Shown here piece after piece: positions 15,300 through 28,552 of a stretch of DNA of 64,000 bases (position 1 is its first letter; every line of letters begins with the position of its first letter). The stretch is from Octopus vulgaris (lineage: Eukaryota), in contig OX597815.1 in assembly GCA_951406725.2 (NCBI GenBank), positions 175,770,001-175,834,000 on the forward strand, written 5' to 3'. Below the pieces are notes generated by a model. It was not told where the DNA came from, did no database searches, and was given only the letters and a program-made list of their open reading frames with translations. Position numbers and translations under genes: made by a program.

Positions 15300-15698
15300 G
15301 GCGGCGAGCTGGCAGAATCGTTTGCACGCCGGACGAAATGCTTAGCGGTATTTCGTCTGCCGTTACGTTCTGAGTTCAAATTCCGCCGAGGTCGACTTTG
15401 CCTTTCATCCTTTCGGGGTCGATAAATTAAGTACCAGTTACACACTGGGGTCGATGTAGTCGACTTGATCCGTTTGTCTGTCCTTGTTTGTCCTCACTGT
15501 GTTTAGCTCCTTGTGGGCAGTAAAGAAATAGGTATTTCGTCTGCCGTTACGTTCTGAGTTCAAATTCCGCCGAGGTCGACTTTGTCTTTCATCTTTTCGG
15601 GGTCGATAAATTAGGTACCAGTTCCGTACTGGGGTCGATATAACTGACTAGCCTCCTCCCCCCAGATTTCGGGCCTTGTGCCTAGAGTAGAAAGGAAT
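15300..15698 (+). mobile_element. tRNA-derived SINE family A copy with duplicated body
   Basis: Head ggcggcgagctggcagaatcg, B-box-like gagttcaaattcc; the body is repeated twice in tandem. Confidence 0.9.
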
Positions 15699-15820
15699 AT
15701 ACATTTAATACCGTAATGTGGCAAAATGTTTCACATTTCTTTCGATTTTACATTCTGAGTTCAAATTCCACTGAGGTCGACTTTGCCTTTTATCCTCTCA
15801 GGGTTCGATAAAATATGTAA

Positions 15821-16055
15821 TACATTATTTTCAATTGACGGATATCTGTCCTCATCTTGTTTGTTTCGGTTGATCTACCCTCCAGCCTTCATCAGGTGTC
15901 TTGGGGAAATTTCGAACCTGGGTTCTCATTCCTAAGGTATTTTTCGATGTTGCTGTTGTTATTATTATTATTATTATTCAGGTCACTGCCTGGAATCGAA
16001 CTCGAAACCTTGGGGTTAGTAGCCGGCGTTCTTAACCACTACGCCATATGCCCGT
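15821..16055 (-). mobile_element. tRNA-headed, hammerhead-bearing non-autonomous retroelement (family H1), nested in a family A SINE
   Basis: Minus strand: A box TGGCGTAGTGG (16046-16036), B box GTTCGATTCC (16001-15992), (AAT)n, then acacCTGATGAaggctggagggtagatcaaccGAAAc with stem III deleted. Splits a family A SINE (15750-15815 and 16062-16140). Confidence 0.8.
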
Positions 16056-16488
16056 AGAACTGTACTAGTTGAGCACGGGTCGATGTAATCGACTTACTCA
16101 CTACCCCCAAATTGCTGTCCTTGTGCAAATATTTGAAATCAACATATAATTCCGAATTACATTAATATAGTCATATATTTTCTCTCTCTCTCTCTCGCAC
16201 ACACATACACACATACAGAAACGATCTTTTCGGCGTACGCACTTTATTGATTTTATTATCGTTAAGATTTTATTTTGAGAAATTTTAATTAAGAGAGGGT
16301 AAAATAATTAAGTTCGTTTCGTTGAGATAAATAGCCAAATTAATTCCGTTGGTGTTTTTACTTAATCAGTCATAATGAAGGAGATCAGTTAAGGTTATCT
16401 GTTTCACTTGAAATCTAAAATTGGCTTTGTTATATCTTTATAGGTCAGATATTTGCCAACTCCAGCATTATATGTGAAACCTAATAGA

Positions 16489-16549
16489 TGTGTGTGTGTG
16501 TGTCCGTCCGTCCGTCCGTCCGTCCGTCCGTCCATCCATCCATCCATCC

Positions 16550-16596
<47 letters not shown>
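16489..16596. repeat. Compound (TG)n-(GTCC)n-(ATCC)n-(ATCT)n microsatellite
   Basis: Directly visible stepwise change of repeat unit. Confidence 0.95.
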
Positions 16597-16597
<1 letters not shown>

Positions 16598-17037
16598 CGC
16601 GAAAGTTTCAAAAAAAGGTGGGTGAATGTAGCAAAGATTGACGAAACAACTTTGAGCATCATCCTGTAAATTGTTAAAAGAGAGAGAGAGAGAGAGCGCG
16701 CACTTTGCTCTCATGTGTTTATTTCCTCCCTGCCTGAGGTTACCGTGGTCTCTTCTGTAGGCTTTTCTTGCCACGGTTGAACCTAATCTTGTTTCTTACT
16801 TTAAAAAAAAATTCGTTTCTGTGATACATGATCCCTTTTGATCGGTTTCTTTTATTTTTTTTCCCCGATCCCTTTTGATCGGAATTTTACATTTGTTTCC
16901 TTTTTTGTTCCTTTTTTCTTTTTCCATCTTCGAAAAGAAAAGTTCTACATTTGTGTTTGTCCCCTCTGTATTCAACCCTGTGTGGCCAATAAAGAAAGTT
17001 ATCTATCGAAATTCAATTTGGTTATATTCTAGAAAAT

Positions 17038-17245
17038 ATTGGTTTCAAATTTTGGCCCACAACTGGCAAATTCAGAGGGAGGGGTAAGCCGATTATATCG
17101 ACCCCAGTACTCAACTTGTATTTATTCTATCGATTCTGAACGGGTGAAAGACGAAGTCAGTCTCGGTGGAATTTGAACTCAGGACGGACAAAACGCTGCT
17201 AAGCATTTTTCCCGGCATGCTAACGATTCTGCCAGCACACCGCCT
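17038..17245 (-). mobile_element. tRNA-derived SINE family A copy (diverged)
   Basis: Matches the reverse complement of the family A unit (cgaccccagtac...ggaatttgaactcag...aacgattctgccagc). Confidence 0.8.
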
Positions 17246-18205
17246 TTATTCTAGCAAATATTACAAGAGAACGTATACACACACACAACACACACATCAA
17301 TATCTAGGTGTAGATGATTTGCATACAATAAGTGCACAGTATACATATCTGCGTTCAAGCGTACACACTTCTATGTAAATGTGACTATTTCGATATAACA
17401 ACACAGATTCATTGTCCACACATTACGTATTCGGTTTCTATGACACACATTTGATGTTGTCTTGAATTATTTTGCAATATTCTCCCTCTGGCAATGATTA
17501 GTAATTTTGGGGCAATTTACCGTTTTCTCCTTGCAATGATGAACGTTTTGTGCTGTTTTTTTTTTGTTTTATTTTGCAATTTTCTGCTAATATCCATCTG
17601 GTAACTGTTATTACAGATACCAATGTCAAATTTAATCCGAATAAATCTGCGTGGCTTTAGAAAATGCTCAGTGTGAGATTCCAATAAATCCTTGTAGTCA
17701 TTCACCAAATTTGTGATTCTTAACACTTGTATAATCAATTTTGGATTGGCTTGTCAAAAGCACTTTGTCTTTGATGAGACTGAAATCACACCCGCCGGGT
17801 GTTTATTAAAAACGAAATATTTGAAAACGTTCGGCGTTGCATGGTTCTTGCACCTCTTCACAGTACGATCATCAGTGAATCACAAACACAAGTTTACAGC
17901 CGAGTGCTTCATTGGAACGGAATAGCACAAGGGGACACTGCCTAAACTCTTGAAGTATGATTGTCTATAAAATGCAGAAGTGAATTCTAAATAGAAAGAG
18001 TAGATGCGAGACAAGCCATAATTTGTCACAGATATATCGTAGTAGTGTTTGGTTATTTCAATTTTGTATGCATTATCTCTCTCTCATTCACACACACCAT
18101 TTCAATTATGTGTATATATATATATATATATACACATGTATATACACATATACATATACATATACATACACATAAACATATATACACATATACATATATA
18201 CAGAT

Positions 18206-18264
<59 letters not shown>

Positions 18265-18266
<2 letters not shown>

Positions 18267-18924
18267 CAATAATAAAAGGGTAAAATTAATTAATTATTAA
18301 TTAATTTTAGCAAGTAGTGTTCAGTATGTAAAAAGACCATTTACGGTATATTTAAAACATTACGTTATATAATTAGGGTTCAGTAAAATAATTTACTTTA
18401 CCACACACTGAACTTTTAGAAACAGCAGCCAAAAAATCTTAGCTATTTCTTCTACTATAAGAAAAGTCTCCCAGACAATGTATACTCAAAATAATTCACG
18501 TAGGTATAGAGGGAAAAATAACGAAAGATCACACGTACATCGATTACTTGAAAACGACCGTTTCTGGATTAGTTGAATATAAAGATCAACATTTCCTTCG
18601 TCAGCTCAAGATTTCTCTGGATTTGGATTTGAGAGCACTAAAAATCGTACCTGTCTGATATGAGTAAACCCAGACAAACCATCTTCGACCGCTAGTACTA
18701 ACGAATTCAAAAAGTACAAATGAGGCTTTGCATTCTTCCCCTTCCACCCACGTGAGTTATAGAGCAACGAATTCCTACAGAGAGAACTGTAGTTTAATAT
18801 CAGGGAGAGAGAATTATATTATCAATAATAAAAGGGTAAAATTAATTAATTATTAATTAATTTTACCAAGTAGTGTTCAGTATGTAAAAATACTCTGTAG
18901 GAATTTGTTGCTCTATAACTCACG
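18265..18924 (-). mobile_element. Non-coding PLE-type/retrozyme-like element (family H2), 556-bp unit
   Basis: 70-bp direct repeat 18265-18334 / 18821-18890, 32-bp inverted segment 18751-18782 / 18893-18924, internal HHR, no ORF, 3' end abuts (TA)n. Confidence 0.75.
18547..18610 (-). ncRNA. Type I hammerhead ribozyme
   Basis: Minus strand: cttgag CTGACGA a gga-aat-gttga..tcaac-taa-tcc a GAAA cggtcg TT ttcaag. Stem I cttgag/ttcaag, short near-palindromic stem III, GUU cleavage triplet. Confidence 0.8.
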
Positions 18925-19008
18925 GTACAATGTGTTTATTATGGTAGTTTTGACTTTAAGAGTACCTCGTAGGGTGAGGCATTTATGTATAATAAGTCTT
19001 TAATATAA

Positions 19009-19082
<74 letters not shown>

Positions 19083-19127
19083 CATATAAATACACATGTA
19101 TACATATATATACATATACATACATAC

Positions 19128-19158
<31 letters not shown>

Positions 19159-19638
19159 CATATATATATACATATATATATATACATATACATACATATA
19201 TATTTTTTTTTCTGTCATTTCTTTCTCTATCAATTTATCCATTTCCAATTTCTCTAAGTACTTATAGCCCGTCTCTTTTATCTGCTTCACTACCTCTCAC
19301 CGACGGTATCGCTAGCCCGTCCATACATTTGATTTTGCATCTCTTCAAGACTAACACACCATTATCATCATCATCATCATCATCATCACCATCATCGTTC
19401 TTGTTTTACTTCTCACAGCGCTCGGTCTTCATTGCTCTTGGTTGAATCTGTGAGAGAGGACAGCAGCCTGTTGTCAGAGGTCTCACAGGGTCTACTGCAC
19501 CATTATGAGCTTTGATATTTGGCTGTTAATTATGGTGGAAAACATTAAACATCCAATTACCAATCTCAAAATTTTAACTGTCCACAGCAGAGCCGGTTTG
19601 GGGGCGCTGTATATGTGTATGTGTGTATATATATATAC

Positions 19639-19691
<53 letters not shown>

Positions 19692-19714
19692 ATGTGTGTG
19701 TATATATATATGTG

Positions 19715-19855
19715 CACTTGCAAGAAACAGCACTGCTTGGAACCACTCGAATACTCTGGATGGTGCTCGAAAAATAAGAGGTATTACCTTAGTTCACTGA
19801 TAGTGAACAAGTAGCACGGTAGTACATCTCCTGCATTACAAGATGTGAAAAGACA
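19715..19855 (+). mobile_element. Short 3' end of R4/Dong-type LINE with (AAT)n tail
   Basis: HLQETALLGTTRILWMVLEK plus a 3' UTR matching 34160-34302; followed by (AAT)n. Confidence 0.8.
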
Positions 19856-19860
19856 ATAAG

Positions 19861-19920
<60 letters not shown>

Positions 19921-20036
19921 GGTTGTGATGCATGTGCCTGGTGTACCCTTATCAGACGGGTAGTCATGATGGGTATACTGGGCTTCGTATATTTTACCCC
20001 AGTGTCACTTTGATGGCATGCACTGCTCTCTTACTC

Positions 20037-20070
<34 letters not shown>

Positions 20071-20901
20071 GAAGATATAGAATTGAACTAAACACACAAA
20101 ACACAATTGAATAATAAAGAAGCAAATATTACAAAGCTAATAGAATGAAGTGAAAACAATCAATAGTGTTGGAATGGTGAGTCAGTTTAGACGTTTATCT
20201 GAACCGACATTTTGAATGACACGATGTTTATCGTGTCATTTCTATTGCAGCTACTTGCATATTTTAGTATCTTCTAGCTACGAGATGTTATCATGCAAAC
20301 AGAACAGAGTGACCTATCTCATTAACAGTAATTAGTAGGAAGAAAATTAAGTTTTTAATCTTTGAAGGATAATGCAATCAAAAAGCAATTCTGTGTGTAT
20401 GGTTGTGTTGCCGCAACGGTGCAAAGAAAACTTAATATTGCAACCAAATATATGACTATATGTGTATGTGTGCGTGAGTATGTATGTATACGTATGTGTG
20501 CATATATATAGATATTTTATGTATATATTTATTAATCCAACTACCTCTATGTATACAGACACACAGAGACACTTTCACATATATGTATGCATATGTTACT
20601 ATCATGGGAATCATTGAAGCAAAAAATGAGCAGAAAATTGAAAGTTTGTGCGATAATCAATGTCACGTGATCAGAAGATCGAAAATACAGAATTGGTGTG
20701 AATAAACTAAGTGTAATAATTTGCATATTACTAGCACCAGCCGAAACCTCAACATTCCTCACATTGGAGTTAATTTGTACTTTGAGAAAACTAATTCAAT
20801 ACAAACATACTGCACACAAACGCACACATTTTCACGCTCGGGTATATACAAAGAAGCATACATACACACACACACGCATACAAGAGTATATATGTGCGTG
20901 C

Positions 20902-20941
<40 letters not shown>

Positions 20942-21798
20942 GAAAAATGTGTTAAGAGAAATATGCATTGTGTTTGAACAGTGACAGATAAGAGTATATA
21001 AAATAAGATTTACTGCTGTCATCTTCACTTTTAGAGATAGAGAGAGGGGTGAGGGAAAGAGAAAGAGAGGAAGAAAAAGAGAGAGAGAGAGGAAGAAAGA
21101 GAGAGAGAGAGAGGAGAGAGAGAGAAAGAAAGAGGGCGAGAGGAGAGAGAGAGAGAGAGTGTGGAGCATTTGTTTATGGCAACTGGTACTATATTTAAAC
21201 GAGAAATTTATGTCACTAAACAAAAGATAGTCTGACTGTTTGAAGACAGGAGTAAAGCTTTGAACACGTTTCTGCCTCAACAGGCATCTTCGACACAACG
21301 GTTGCTTTATGGTATATTTAGCAGATGAAGCACCTATAAAGATACAAGAACTCATGGTCGGTCGATGTCTTGGAAGTGAAACTGGAGAGAGTAAACGTGC
21401 ACAGGACCCCATCGGGTGAAATGTGCATACGATTCAAACGGTACAGCCTTGCCACACTCTGACAATTAAACTAAGGGCATACGTCTCTGTGGACAGTCAG
21501 ACCACTTATACGCTTATTCACGAACAAGTTATTCACTTCACCTCGACAGAGAGCACTGAATTACCATTGTCTCCCTTCAACTAATCCCGTGAAAGCGTTA
21601 CAGACGGGTTAAGTAGCAGAGAAAACAAAAACTTAGTTTTAAAAAATTATACTTTTCACTCACCGCCATCTCTCCGTAAGAAAGAAACCATCGCGTTTTT
21701 ATTTCTCCACTTTAGCTCCATATATATCTGATGAGCTAGTTATGTTTTCACATGTCAACGAGATTTTAAGGAAGAGGACTTGCTAAGTCAGACTACTT

Positions 21799-21860
<62 letters not shown>

Positions 21861-21983
21861 GAGAGGAGGGAGAGGGAAAGAGAAGATAGAAGAGAGAAGA
21901 AAGAGCGAGATGAATATACATATCATAGCTGACTTGAGGTAATGATATTGACTAAAATAGTGTTATCTATCTATCTATCTATT

Positions 21984-22148
21984 GATAATAAGGAGAATGA
22001 AGAATTTGAACATTCAATCCTTATGTTTATTTCCAGTTATCTTATTTATAGCAATTGTCCGACACGTGTCGGACAATCGCTATGAATAAACCAACTGGAA
22101 ATAAAAACAAAATTTGAATGTTCAAATTCTTTATCCTCCTTATTTGTC
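21984..22148. repeat. Spacerless fold-back palindrome (~82-bp arms)
   Basis: Arms are reverse complements around the perfect centre ttgtccgacac|gtgtcggacaa (22065/22066). Confidence 0.9.
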
Positions 22149-22157
22149 ATTATTGTA

Positions 22158-23039
22158 CAGGGTGTCCCCAAAACATTGATATCATTTCATCACCTAATAA
22201 CGTGAATAATTTTCGTTCAAATTGTCTCAGATTCTAGCACTATATCTAGAATTCAATACATTTTGAAAATATCACCTTTCCTAAGTTTTTCTTTTCATGA
22301 TTAGACATGCCGTTTACTGCAACAGAAAAGGCGTTTTGTGTATTGAAGTACTCCCAAACTCAGACAAATGTAAATGTGCATTTGTCAGAAGATCTCATAA
22401 ACAAATGCCAACAGGGAAGTAGATTTGGAGGAAGTTTCAAGAAGAATGTTGTTTGTGTTGGAAAAAAGGGTCTGTACGGCCAGCAGTTTCAGAAGAGATG
22501 GTGAACCAACTTCGGGAAACGCTTAGTCGGAGTCCAAAGAAATGTGGGCGAAGAGCAAGCCTGAAAACCCCAAGTCAACTGTTTGGTGTGTTATTAGAAA
22601 ACGCTTGCAGTTGAGACCCTAGAAGCTTCAGTTTGTGCACACTTTAAAGCCGGTTGACAAGCAAAAGCATAAAACGTTCTGTGAAAATATGGAAGACAAA
22701 CCTGAAGATGACGACTTTGAAAACCGTCTTGTTTTCAGCGACGAGACCACATTCCATACGAATGGCAAAGTGAACAAGCGAAATGTTCGCATTCGGAGAG
22801 AAAAGAAAATCCACACGACACAAGTGAACACGAAAGGGACTCATCAAAAGTGAATGCGTTCCGCACCATCTCAAAGAACTGTGATGACTTTGGAACATGA
22901 TAAAATTATCATCTCACAGAACATTTCGTTGGAAATCTAGAATAAAACTTACGTTCAAAATTAAATTTCATTTCTCTTGACCATGTAGCAACTCCAATAC
23001 GGACATCTCAAACAATGTCAAATGTTTTGGTACACCGTG
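22158..23039 (+). mobile_element. Internally deleted IS630/Tc1/mariner DNA transposon
   Basis: TA then TIR cagggtgtccccaaaacatt, with a matching right end aatgttttggtacaccgtg. Frameshifted transposase: MPFTATEKAFCVLKY... and RLVFSDETTFHTNGKVNKRNVRI (first catalytic Asp region). Confidence 0.85.
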
Positions 23040-23238
23040 TGCTTTACACTCTGAGTATCCAAGAAATAAACTGTTACTTCGGATGGGAGTTAAAGGAAGT
23101 TTATCATAAAACGCACCATCTGAAGGAACCAGCCTTGGTATCTTACATAGAGAAATTCGGCATCAGCCTGGATATTTTATATCCCTCCGCTTACTATATA
23201 TATTTCTATAATATATATATATATATGTATGTATACAT

Positions 23239-23271
<33 letters not shown>

Positions 23272-24548
23272 AAATAGTGTACATTTAAACACAAGAGGAA
23301 AATACCATTAACAAGTAATTTTACACACTAGAAGAAGCAGTCAAAACGACCAAAACCACATTTAAGAGCAATTTCAAAGGGAATGAAAAATAATAAAAAC
23401 TTTTACCTTGTTATTATATATATATATATATATATAGTATTAATAAATACAGTATTAATAAATATATGTATATGTATAGTTTTCCTGGTGGGGCTGGAAG
23501 GAAGGAAAACTTAGGGGGATTGCAAAACAGGATCAAGGAGAATAGAAGAATCAAGTGCATTGTTAAAAAGTGGACGAAAGAAGAGTGATGAATTGCATTG
23601 GAAAGGGGTGTTAGTCTTCCCCTGAAAAGCTGGGTTTAGCCTTAATGGTGACTCGTCTTATTACGACCAGGCTATCGGATGTTTTACATCGCTGGTCATA
23701 ATGCACTTGACATTGTTTTAGATTTCGGGCGATACAACCTCGCTGGTTGGGCGGACTGACCAAAATTATCCCTGAATGGAACACCAGTCTGTTTCAGGGA
23801 TACCCATATAAAGCAGAGGGGAATCAAGTGAAATGAATTGTTTTTGCTCGAGAACCACGCTTCCACGACCGGCACCCTGACCACTGGGTAATATGTCTTC
23901 ACTTGTTTTATAGATTCTTACAAAAAACAATTTGTGCTTGTATTTAATTAAATAGAACTGTACGTTTACTCCCAACTTGGGTCTCAAAAAGATGTGAAAT
24001 AAAATATGTAAATATTCTTGACAGCGTTAATGTTTATAATAAAATTATATGGTTCAGCTCAGTCTAAGATTATATTGATGGAAAACAAATTAAACACTGC
24101 TGAAAACCACTTGACCTCCAATTTGAGGCATTACTACTCTGGCATTCAGTAAGGTTATATAACGACAAATAAATGAGCGCACAAATGTATACATTATGGA
24201 ATTAACTAAAAGTCATATATACACACCACGATCATATACAGACTAAGTTTAACTGTAGGAACTGCATATAACGGCATCTAAATACAGACACATTCAATAT
24301 TTATTCGTACATACACATTTATATAACAATACAATCAGACACACACACACACACACATATATATATACGTGTGTGTGCGTAGGGAATATTTTCAGACCAA
24401 TAGATACATACGTACCTATGTATATAGAACTACACTTTCTCAAACATAAAGTTAAGCTTCATACCAACTCACCATTTTGGATACAAATACTTATATATCT
24501 ACGTAGACTGACCCGTATATACAACTACGTGTACATATATATATATAT

Positions 24549-24674
24549 TCTTTTACTTGTTTCAGTCCTTTGACTTCGGTCATAGTTACGGGGACGTCAA
24601 CACACCAACCCCGGTTGTCAAGCGGTGATGAGGAGAAAACACAGTCTCAAAGACGCAGATACATACATACATAC

Positions 24675-24725
<51 letters not shown>

Positions 24726-24732
24726 CATATAT

Positions 24733-24782
<50 letters not shown>

Positions 24783-24933
24783 ACGACTGGCTTCTTTCAG
24801 TTTCCGTCTACCAAATCAACTCACAAGTTTTGGCCGGCCCGAGGCTATAGTAGAAGACACTTGCCCAAGGTGCCACTGAACCCGGAACCATCTGATTGGC
24901 AAGCAAGCTACTTATCACAGAGCCACTACTGCG

Positions 24934-24935
<2 letters not shown>
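24549..24935 (-). mobile_element. tRNA-derived SINE family B copy with internal microsatellite
   Basis: Reverse complement of ggcgcag..gtggctgtgtg...gcaccttgggcaagtgtcttctactatagcctcgggccg...gactgaaacaagtaaaaga. Confidence 0.85.
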
Positions 24936-24969
<34 letters not shown>

Positions 24970-24974
24970 CACAG

Positions 24975-25194
24975 GCGTATATGTGTGTGTGCATGTTTGT
25001 GTGTGCGTTGTCCCCCCACTATCGCTTGACAACCGATGTCGGTATGTTTACGTCCCCATAAATTAGCGGTTCGGTAAAACAGACTAATTGAATAAGTACA
25101 AGGCCTACAAAGAATAAGTCCTGGGGTCGATTTGTTCGACTAAAGGCGGTGCTCCAGCATGGCCGCTGTCAAATGACTGAAACAAATAAAAGAA
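24975..25194 (+). mobile_element. SINE family B 3' half
   Basis: cgcttgacaaccgatg...ggcggtgctccagcatggccgc..tcaaatgactgaaacaa. Confidence 0.85.
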
Positions 25195-25256
25195 TATATA
25201 TATATATATGTTGGCACAGCACTACACAATGAACGAATATTCTTTGTAGAAACAAA

Positions 25257-25812
25257 GGCGGCGCGCTGGCTGAAACGTTAGCACACCGGGCGAAATGCTT
25301 AGCGGTATTTCGTCTGCCGCTACGTTCTGAGTTCAAATTCTGCTGAGGTCGACTTTGCCTTTCATCCTTTCGGGGTCGATAAATTAAGTACCAGTTAAGC
25401 ACTGGGGTCGATATAATCGACTCAATACCTATGTCTGTCCATGTTTGTCCCCTCTATGTTTAGCCTCTTGTGGGTAGTAAAGAAGTAGGTATTTCGTTTG
25501 ACTTTACGTTCTGAGTTCAAATTCTGTCGAGGTCGACTTTGCCTTTCATCCTTTCGGGTCGATTAAATAAATACCAGCTACGCACTGGGGTCGATATAAT
25601 CGACTTAATCCGTTTGTCTGTCCTTGTTTGTCCCCTCTGTGTTTAGCCCCTTGTGGGTAGTAAAGAAGTAGGTATTTCGTTTGACTTTACGTTCTGAGTT
25701 CAAATTCTGTCGAGGTCGACTTTGCCTTTCATCCTTTCGAGGTCTATAAAATACGTACTGGTTGCGTACTGGGGTCGACCTAAACGGGCCTTGTGCCTAG
25801 AGTAGAAATGAT
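25257..25812 (+). mobile_element. SINE family A copy with three tandem body units
   Basis: Head at 25257; the body gtatttcgt..acgttctgagttcaaattc..gaggtcgactttgcctttcatcc recurs at about 25306, 25489 and 25672. Confidence 0.9.
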
Positions 25813-28220
25813 TACCTCTATAAACTGACTGTTTACAAATCATTTTGTCAGAGAACAGACATACTACTACTTCCGTCTACAATTCTTCCAGCATTCATTT
25901 TCCTTTCTTTTTACTTTTTGTTTTACTCTCTCCGATTCTTGACGAAGGTCCATATTCTGAATCTTTGAATTCTGATCCTGTTGCTGCCTTACAGTATAAC
26001 ATTAAGGAACTTGATTTTGCTGTTTGTTTTAAAAAATCTCTTTGAATATCGATACTGCGCCGATGAAGAACCGACATTCGGATGCTGCTGCTTTAATTAC
26101 TATGGTAAGGGTTCCGTTATTTGTCACAAACCCGATGAGCAGCGTGGCATTATAAATGGTATTTGCGGAGTATGCATCCAGCAAACATACTCACCTGACA
26201 TGCCATTACAGTCTTACAACATACCCCTTGTGAACACGCCATATATACACATATACTGCCTGTTTACGTTCACACATACCTACACTAAACAAAGAATCTG
26301 TTTTCGATAAAATGCAAGCTCTAATACCGAAGGAAATATGCGCACACACACACATGTATATATATATATGAGTTTCCATCATTATCTCCCTTGGTTGAAG
26401 CCGATATTCTGCTGAGATTTATTTAGATTAACTACTTCTGTCAGTCATTTTTAACATGTTTTGTACACTCTAACTCCACCAAAAACAAGCATTCACTTCG
26501 GTTAAATGTCTTTCTTCTCCTATTTCCCAACATCTGCCTCTAAAAGAAGTGTTACAATCTGAAACGTTGAACTCCTTTTTATTCCCTTTTTATATACAAA
26601 GTCGAAATAATAATGTTCTACTCTTGTTTCCGTTGTTATTTTTCTTCTATGGAAATCATTATGATTATTAAAATAGAAATAGCTGTTATTAAGCATTTTA
26701 TTTCTAATCTATGAATTATGCATCTTGAAATTGCTGGAAACACTTAACTGTTGAAGAAACTATATTTTTAACAATTTGGGATAAAAAAAAATATGTGGAA
26801 AATGATAGCGAAAATGGAATAGAAAATTGCAATGCATTGCGTTGATCTAAAAAAAAGTTCTTCAAGTTATTTCCAATCTATCAAATTAATGTTGTTTTTA
26901 ATGTACGTATCTATTGAGAAACTTTTTTTTGAAGAATATTTTCCCCCAAAATATGAAAATGTTTTACATAGAAATATAATAAAGTTGAGAAAAATATATT
27001 TATTAGTCCACTTTGGTGTGTTAGCGAACTGAATTACCAAGACTATATCATTGCACTTAATTTGAAATTCTGATCAAATTAATGCGAACGAAGGAGATTC
27101 TCTCCTTAGCAGAAATGTTAGTGAAAGAATTGGCTTTCTGCATTTGATCTGCTGATATCTGATGTTTCTCAATTTAAATTCCACCGACGATGCTGACCTC
27201 TCCATTTTCCTTTCGTCTATAAATATGAACAGTAAGTTTCTGTCACTAAATGTGACACCCACTTCCTTATACTTTGATAAGTTTAGGTAGATGCATTGGA
27301 AATATTGTATGTTTTGCTCCGTTTAGAAGTCATAATAAAATTTGATTGTCTGAGTCATACCATGAGCATTTAAGCCAAACACAGAGAACTGAGAAGTACA
27401 ATAAAAAAATAGCAGCTACTTACATTAAGTACAGAAGATTCTATGTGATTCGTTGCCAACTGCGGATTATCATCATCAATAATTTGCGTAAGAGAGACCA
27501 CTTCTGACGACGAATATCTGGCTTTTGAAAGTGAATCTGTTATAGAGGAAATAAAAAAGAAATAATGATGTCTATTAGACGCTTAGGAAGAGAAACATTG
27601 TAGGGATGAAAGAAGTTGTCCGATAGCATCTTAGCCTTTAACTTTCACTGAATATTAAAAAACAAAAAAAATTGACAGAAGGGGCAGTAGCAAATGTCAG
27701 CATGATTTCTACCATTCGTACAATGCTTCATATATTCAAGAGGAGTAGTGTGTTCAATACAATTATCCGGATGAAACTCCTACACGAAGTTCTTCCCGAC
27801 AAATATTTGCTCTATCAATCACACGTTTCTGCCTTTATCATGACAAGAAGACGAGGAAAGCGTTACTGAAAATAAATTATGAATTTGACCAAATACTAAT
27901 GAATAAAGACTAAGAAGTCCTTTCGATATTATTCAAAACGTAATTGGATTATAGAAAATTTATTAGTGTTATGTGATTTCAAATAATGAGATATTTCATA
28001 TTGCAAATGACGGAACATACTGTCATTGGTTGACAGTCAATGACAGCCTTTCTAACTGGTTGACAGCCTTTCTGATGCTGAGAATGACAAGAAAATACCA
28101 GTAACTCGGTACTAATCAAATATAGAAGGCGACTTCGTTTAAAAGCTGTAGATTTTTCTATTTGGTTCTCATCGATGGCTTTGTCCTTCGTCGATCAATA
28201 CAAACGAAATATACACACAT

Positions 28221-28260
<40 letters not shown>

Positions 28261-28282
28261 CAAACACACACACACACACAAA

Positions 28283-28500
28283 AGTGGGTGGCTTACTGGT
28301 TAAGATATTGGACTCATGATCGTAAGATTGTGGTTTCGATTCATGCACCGGGCGACGAGTTGTGTTCTTGAGCAAAATACTTCATTTTACGTTTGCTCCA
28401 GTCCACTCGGCTGGCAAAAATGAGTGACCCTGCGACGGACCGGCGTCCCAACTAGGTGCAGAATACATACACCAGGAAATTGGGAAACCGGCCCTTGTAA
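28283..28500 (+). mobile_element. tRNA-derived SINE family C copy
   Basis: A-box-like tggcttactgg, B-box-like gtttcgattc, then gttgtgttcttgagcaa...ccagtccactc; the body recurs at about 47500-47570. Confidence 0.65.
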
Positions 28501-28507
28501 ATCGGCA

Positions 28508-28552
<45 letters not shown>

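Noticed and set aside
15975-16055. Functional tRNA gene (also the other SINE heads)
   Set aside because: A and B boxes are present but acceptor and anticodon stems are imperfect and the head is fused to repeat bodies; tRNA-derived only.
25257-25812. CRISPR-like repeat-spacer array (also 39676-39895)
   Set aside because: These are tandem SINE bodies or a degenerate minisatellite with no unique spacers; eukaryotic context and no cas genes.
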